Shown: piece after piece, positions 24,873 to 29,282 of the stretch | How the letters are laid out: each line of letters opens with the position of its first letter | Position numbering within the stretch: position 1 is the stretch's first letter | Source: Candidatus Nanohaloarchaea archaeon | GTDB lineage: Archaea; Nanohalarchaeota; Nanosalinia; Nanosalinales; Nanosalinaceae | Assembly (NCBI GenBank): GCA_041639695.1 | Contig: JBEQBQ010000015.1 | Location: forward strand, 1-29,282 | Direction: 5' to 3' | Length of the DNA: 29,282 bases | Notes under the pieces: generated by a model | Told to the model about the DNA's origin: nothing | What the model saw: the letters and a program-made list of their open reading frames with translations, nothing else | The model's database searches: none | Translations under genes and position numbers: made by a program

Positions 24873-26858
24873 CTAAATCTCCTTTCTCTTCATCAACTGG
24901 GCGTTTACCGCAACTATAACCGTGCTTAAAGACATTATTACCGCTCCTACTGCCGGCGAAAGCATTACACCGATAGGTGCTAGAACTCCTGCTGCCAAAG
25001 GAATTGCTAATGCGTTGTAGCCTGTGGCCCAGAACAGGTTTTGCTTCATCTTGCTGTAGCTTACCTTACTCAGATTTAGCAGCCTGGTTATGTCAAGAGG
25101 ATTGTTCTGGACAAGGATTATGTCCGCTGATTCAACTGCGACATCCGTTCCCGACCCTATCGCTATACCTACATCTGCTCTTGTTAGTGCGGGTGCATCG
25201 TTAACTCCGTCTCCAACCATCGCAACCATTTTATCCTCATCCTGAAGTTGCTGGACTTTCTTGTCTTTGTCTTCAGGCAGTACTTCCGCGAAAAACGTGT
25301 CTATATTAAGTTCTTTTGCGACGGCCTCCGCAACTTCTTTTGAGTCACCTGTCAGCATCGCAACCTCAACACCCATTTCGTGAAGTCTTTCTACTGCTTG
25401 CCTGCTTTCCTCCCGGATTACATCTGCAAGGCCTACAGCGGCGACAGCTTCTCTGTTTCTAAACAGGTAGACAGCTGTTTCAGCGTTTTCAGCCGCGTCC
25501 TCCGCAAACCGTTCAAGTTTTTCAGGAATATTGAAGTTTTCTGCTTCAGCCAGGTTTGGTCCTCCGACGTAAAGAGTTTGTCCGTCTACTTCTGCCTTTA
25601 CGCCTTTGCCCTTGATTGCCTCGAAGCTTTTTGCGTCAGGAACTTCTATTTCTCTTTCTTCCGCGGAGTTTCTAACCCCTTCAGCTATTATGTGTTCGGA
25701 GTCGGATTCGACCGCAGCCATTAACGAAAGCGCTGTTTCTTCAGACAGGTTTACAGTCTCTATATCCACGACCCCCATCTCTCCCTCGGTTAAAGTACCT
25801 GTCTTATCGAAGATCACCGTGTCAAGTTCCCTGGATTTTTCCATCGCGATCCTGTCCCTTACAAGTATGCCGTTTTTCGCTGCCATCGAGGTATTGATAG
25901 CCACAACTAACGGCACAGCTAAACCTAATGCGTGTGGACAAGCAATTACAAGAACAGTAACAACTCTTTCGATTACGGTAACACTGAAACCTGCTGCTAT
26001 TATCCATGCAGCGGCTGTAACAAGTCCTGAGCCTAGTGCTATGTAGAACAGCCAGCCCGCTGCTTTGTCGGCCAGCATCTGTGTTTTTGACTGGCTTTGC
26101 TGAGCCTCTTCCACTAGGTTCATTATGCCGGATAAAGCGGTTTCGTCTCCTGTTGCAGTGATCTTTACTCTGAGACTTCCCTGTTTGTTTACTGTTCCGC
26201 CGATCACTTCGTCCCCTATTTCTTTGTTTACGGGCTTCGATTCTCCTGTTATCATGGATTCGTTTACGTTGCTTTCTCCCTCAAACACTTCTCCATCGGC
26301 CGGTATTGAGCTTCCCGGCCTTACAAGTACTTTGTCGCCTTCCTTCAGTTCTGAGACCTTTACTTCTTCCGTCTCACCGTTTTCAAGTATTCTTTCTGCT
26401 GTATCCGGCATTAGCTGAGCGAGTTCGTCCAAGGCTCCTGATGCCTGTCTGACTGAACGCATCTCTATCCAGTGGCCGAGAAGCATGATGTCGATCAAGG
26501 TTACGAGTTCCCAGAAGAAGCTGGACTGAGTGTCTAAAAACAGGGCTGCAAGGCCGTAGACAAATGCGACAGTGATTGCGAGGGAGATAAGCATCATCAT
26601 GCCGGGCTGTCTATCTTCGAACTCGTTTTTAGCCATCTTGAGGAACGGAAGGCCTCCGTAGCCGAAAATTATGATAGAAAATACAGGCACAATTAGATTG
26701 CTTCCTGTAAAAGTCAGCGGAGTGTAGCCAAGTAGTCCTGAGACAAAGCTGCTGAAGTAAAGGACCGGTATAGAGAGTATTGTGGATACGAAGAACTTTC
26801 GTTTGAACATTTCCTCGTGGTGCTTGTGGCCTGAGTCGTGGTCGTGTTCGTCTTCCAT
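24873..26858 (-). CDS. copB: P1B-3 type copper-exporting P-type ATPase
   Basis: His-rich N-terminus, TGES, IACPHALGL, DKTGTLT, GDGVND, YN and MSLST in the last TMs. Confidence 0.93.
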   Translation of the reverse strand: MEDEHDHDSGHKHHEEMFKRKFFVSTILSIPVLYFSSFVSGLLGYTPLTFTGSNLIVPVFSIIIFGYGGLPFLKMAKNEFEDRQPGMMMLISLAITVAFVYGLAALFLDTQSSFFWELVTLIDIMLLGHWIEMRSVRQASGALDELAQLMPDTAERILENGETEEVKVSELKEGDKVLVRPGSSIPADGEVFEGESNVNESMITGESKPVNKEIGDEVIGGTVNKQGSLRVKITATGDETALSGIMNLVEEAQQSQSKTQMLADKAAGWLFYIALGSGLVTAAAWIIAAGFSVTVIERVVTVLVIACPHALGLAVPLVVAINTSMAAKNGILVRDRIAMEKSRELDTVIFDKTGTLTEGEMGVVDIETVNLSEETALSLMAAVESDSEHIIAEGVRNSAEEREIEVPDAKSFEAIKGKGVKAEVDGQTLYVGGPNLAEAENFNIPEKLERFAEDAAENAETAVYLFRNREAVAAVGLADVIREESRQAVERLHEMGVEVAMLTGDSKEVAEAVAKELNIDTFFAEVLPEDKDKKVQQLQDEDKMVAMVGDGVNDAPALTRADVGIAIGSGTDVAVESADIILVQNNPLDITRLLNLSKVSYSKMKQNLFWATGYNALAIPLAAGVLAPIGVMLSPAVGAVIMSLSTVIVAVNAQLMKRKEI

Positions 26859-26865
26859 CTATTTT

Positions 26866-27126
26866 TTACCCTTCCTGTTCCTCTTCGGTTATTTGCTGGT
26901 ATAGGTAGATAATTCCGAGTATTACAAGAGTCCAGATCGCTATACCGAATAGTAGTCCGTACCAACCCATTCCCCACATGTTGTATCCCATCATCTCTGA
27001 GGCGGAGTGCATCCAGCCTCCATCATTCCACATCATCCCCGTTCCACGTTCTGATTGACTGTGGGCTAAGACAGAGGTTGCCAAGGTTAGTGTTGAAACA
27101 GTCTGGACTAGGGTTTTTCGGAGCAT
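26866..27126 (-). CDS. Met/Gly/Trp-rich small membrane protein of the copper cluster
   Basis: Signal-like N-terminus, GMMW..GGWMH..MMG..MWGMGW plus TM; GGTGA SD upstream of ATG 27126. Confidence 0.75.
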   Translation of the reverse strand: MLRKTLVQTVSTLTLATSVLAHSQSERGTGMMWNDGGWMHSASEMMGYNMWGMGWYGLLFGIAIWTLVILGIIYLYQQITEEEQEG

Positions 27127-27134
27127 ACCAATTT

Positions 27135-27157
27135 CACCTATCATATATTGAAACGTT
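27135..27157. promoter_or_regulatory. Candidate PadR operator, copy 1 (copB operon promoter)
   Basis: TATCATATATTGAA at 27139-27152, just downstream of minus-strand TTTAAA at about 27162-27167. Confidence 0.6.
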
Positions 27158-27181
27158 GATGTTTAAATTTCATACCGTGAC

Positions 27182-27799
27182 TCACCCAAGCTCGATCCGG
27201 ATATTATCGCCATCCCCGATAATGTATTCCTCAGGGGTTTCTAAGGTTTCTCCATTTGCCTGAACCGTGAGATTTGCAGGTTCTCCATTACAACTGGTTT
27301 GCCCGTAGATGCTGTCCTCTGTAAATTCTGTTCCAAGCTTGTCTAATACCCAGTCAAGTGTGGCTTGTTCCTTGTTTCTTCGGACTCCTTCAAGATGGAA
27401 CTGGGTTTCTCCGTGTGTATGAGCGAGCATCGGTCCGCCTCTCGGAACACGGTTTTCTCCACAAACCGAAATCTTGTAGCTGGCGTGCCAGTGAACAGGC
27501 TGTCCGACACCTATGCTTTCATTTGTGACGGGTTGAGAGCCACCGATATTCTGTGTTGCAAGGAAACCTCCCCCAATAATCAGTGCTCCGAGAACTGCAG
27601 CTATTCCACCGTATTTGATCTTTTGTTTGCGGCTATGTTTCTTAGTCTTCTTTTTCTCTTTTAACTTGTTGAGAGCGCGTTTCTTACCGTTCTTGTCGTG
27701 GCCCGACATTTCTTCCCCGTGGTTTTCAAGTTCGTGTTCAAGGTTTTCCGCTTTGCTCGAAAAGTTCTCGTTGCAGTATTCACAGTTGTTTTCGCTCAT
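27182..27799 (-). CDS. C2H2 zinc finger + TM + His-motif extracytoplasmic domain protein
   Basis: CEYC...HELENH, TM, VHWHA, AHTH, FHLE, Cys pair, ubiquitin-like end GDGDNIRIE. Confidence 0.8.
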   Translation of the reverse strand: MSENNCEYCNENFSSKAENLEHELENHGEEMSGHDKNGKKRALNKLKEKKKTKKHSRKQKIKYGGIAAVLGALIIGGGFLATQNIGGSQPVTNESIGVGQPVHWHASYKISVCGENRVPRGGPMLAHTHGETQFHLEGVRRNKEQATLDWVLDKLGTEFTEDSIYGQTSCNGEPANLTVQANGETLETPEEYIIGDGDNIRIELG

Positions 27800-27815
27800 T
27801 ATCTGATTCTCCCCT

Positions 27816-28391
27816 TTAGTTGTTTGTCCATTTGTTTCTCCAGGTTTCCATCTTCTCCACTTCTTCCTGCTGGGCCTCTATCATTCCTTGTGCAAGTTCT
27901 ATTACTTTCTCTGATTTACCGTTCTGGACTTCTGTTCTTGCCATCTGGATGCCTCCTTCGTGGTGTTCGATCATCAGTTCGGAGAACAGTAAATCAAATT
28001 CTCGGCCTCTTCTTTGGCTTAATTCGTTCATTTCTTGCTGTGTTGCCATTCCAGCCATTCTGTGTCCTCGCATCGGGCGGCTGAAACCTGCTTCCCTAAG
28101 CCAATCACTCATCTTCTGGTTTTCCTCTGTCTGTGCCTGAGAAATATTCCGGGAAAGCTCAAGTATATTTTGGTTTTCTGTCCTGTTCTCTGCCATTTCA
28201 GCCATCTCTATCGCCTGATCGTGATGGATTATCATCATGTTCATGAACATCAAATCCGCCCTGTTGAAATCTGAAGCCTGGTCTGAAGCCTGGTTAGACG
28301 GGTTAAACATTCCGTAAGACAGTAGGAGAGCTAATAATAGAGCACCTATAACCGCGAATAGTATTTTCTTGTTTCGGGCCTTGAAATTCAT
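27816..28391 (-). CDS. DUF305 (CopM-like) exported metal-binding protein
   Basis: D.MFMNMMIIHHDQAIEMA and LMIEHHEGGIQMA duplicated HH helices; N-terminal TM. Confidence 0.92.
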   Translation of the reverse strand: MNFKARNKKILFAVIGALLLALLLSYGMFNPSNQASDQASDFNRADLMFMNMMIIHHDQAIEMAEMAENRTENQNILELSRNISQAQTEENQKMSDWLREAGFSRPMRGHRMAGMATQQEMNELSQRRGREFDLLFSELMIEHHEGGIQMARTEVQNGKSEKVIELAQGMIEAQQEEVEKMETWRNKWTNN

Positions 28392-28415
28392 TCGACACCA
28401 CTTTTTTCACATTTT

Positions 28416-28438
28416 GACATATCACATATTGAAGTGTC
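28416..28438. promoter_or_regulatory. Candidate PadR operator, copy 2 (divergent DUF305/padR promoter)
   Basis: GACAtaTCAcatatTGAagTGTC dyad containing TATCACATATTGAA (13/14 identical to copy 1). Confidence 0.65.
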
Positions 28439-28475
28439 GGTTAATTTTATAGCTTTCTCCAACCCAACCACAAAC

Positions 28476-28871
28476 ATGTCTGAACCAAACCTCAACCACA
28501 CCTACCGGCTTTACACACTACTTCTACTGAAAACAGGTTCAAGACACGGCTACGAAGTAATAGACAAGATAAAAGACATGACCGGCGAAGAACCAAGCAC
28601 CTCCCACATCTACCCATTCCTGACAGAACTCGAAGAAAACAACTATGTCAAATCGGAGAAAGGTAGTAGAGGTAAGAAAACATACTCGCTTACGGAAGAA
28701 GGCGAAAACTTTGTAGCGGAACAGCTCGACTCATTCGGAGAAATGCTTCACGCCGCCATAAAAGACGAGATAGAAGAATGCAACAACTGCGGATGCGAAA
28801 TATACGACAACGGCCACACAGAAAACGGAAAAGTTTACTGCTGCAAACACTGCGCCTCATCAACCGAATAA
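28476..28871 (+). CDS. PadR family regulator with C-terminal Cys-rich metal-binding domain
   Basis: HGYEVI..I......S...IYP.L..LE...YV......KK.YSLTEEG; tail CNNCGC...YCCKHCA. Confidence 0.88.
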   Translation: MSEPNLNHTYRLYTLLLLKTGSRHGYEVIDKIKDMTGEEPSTSHIYPFLTELEENNYVKSEKGSRGKKTYSLTEEGENFVAEQLDSFGEMLHAAIKDEIEECNNCGCEIYDNGHTENGKVYCCKHCASSTE

Positions 28872-28984
28872 TACAACGTCGGCAAGAAACCAGAACATGT
28901 TCAAATCCCTCCAGCCACCTAAAAAGCGCTATACTCGGCTGACGAAGACATATTTATATGTATCAAGAATAATTCCCTTCCTAT

Positions 28985-29265
28985 ATGAATGCGTTGGAAA
29001 AGGCCAGAAGAGAAGGTTTCTGTGTCTGCTGTGGATATGACACGATGGAAGAGGAGAAAGCAGGCACATATTATATCTGTCCTGTCTGTTTTTTGGGAGG
29101 ATGACGCAATAGATACGACAATCCTGAACAAGTTTCAGGGCCCAACCACATCACACTGAAGAAGGCTATCAAAAACTTTCAAGAAATGGAGCTTACGACG
29201 AAGATAGTTTAGAACACACAAGGGACCCTAAGGAATCAGAGAACCAACACCCGGACTGGCCTTGA
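28985..29265 (+). pseudogene. CPCC-family cysteine-rich protein, broken by three single-base indels
   Basis: CVCCGYDTMEEEKAGTYYICPVCF / WEDDAI / YDNPEQVSGPNHITLKKAIKNFQE / GAYDEDSLEHTRDP; extra T in T6 at 29089-29094, missing bases near 29112 and 29187. Confidence 0.75.
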
Positions 29266-29282
29266 ATTTTGATTAGAGAGAT

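Noticed and set aside
29102-29104. In-frame TGA in the CPCC gene as selenocysteine or readthrough
   Set aside because: The family motif FWEDD lies in the shifted frame, so indels explain the stop
1-29282. CRISPR array, rRNA, IS elements, and the many antisense shadow ORFs (e.g. 3102-3371, 15393-15875, 21554-22069, 25606-26046)
   Set aside because: No regularly spaced repeats or transposase motifs; shadow ORFs are Ser/Phe-rich mirror frames of acidic genes

Overview
Gene-dense archaeal chromosomal segment with an acidic (salt-in) proteome, mostly leaderless genes with TATA boxes about 25 nt upstream, and CCA-less tRNAs. Gene content and style point to a Nanohaloarchaeota-type (DPANN) genome; this is inferred, not database-confirmed. 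Core content: a short Orc1/Cdc6, rps8e, lsm-rpl37e, tRNA-Lys(UUU), tRNA-Ile(GAU), ROK kinase, glutaredoxin, Nudix hydrolase and the oapABC cluster. Accessory content: a pilin/beta-propeller fusion, a catalytic-domain-only class I LysRS paralogue divergent from two unannotated highly cationic micro-ORFs, a VRR-NUC-AbrB / ART-fold / DNA-binding-repeat trio, a PQQ sugar dehydrogenase, and a CopB copper cluster with a PadR regulator and a duplicated palindromic operator, flanked by frameshifted genes. The best candidates for undescribed systems are (1) the LysRS-I paralogue plus cationic peptides, (2) Cdc6 plus an acidic/basic paralogue pair with CGGAA palindromes, and (3) the nuclease/ART trio. 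No CRISPR array, rRNA, transposase or integrase was seen. All family calls come from motif recognition by eye; no searches were run.
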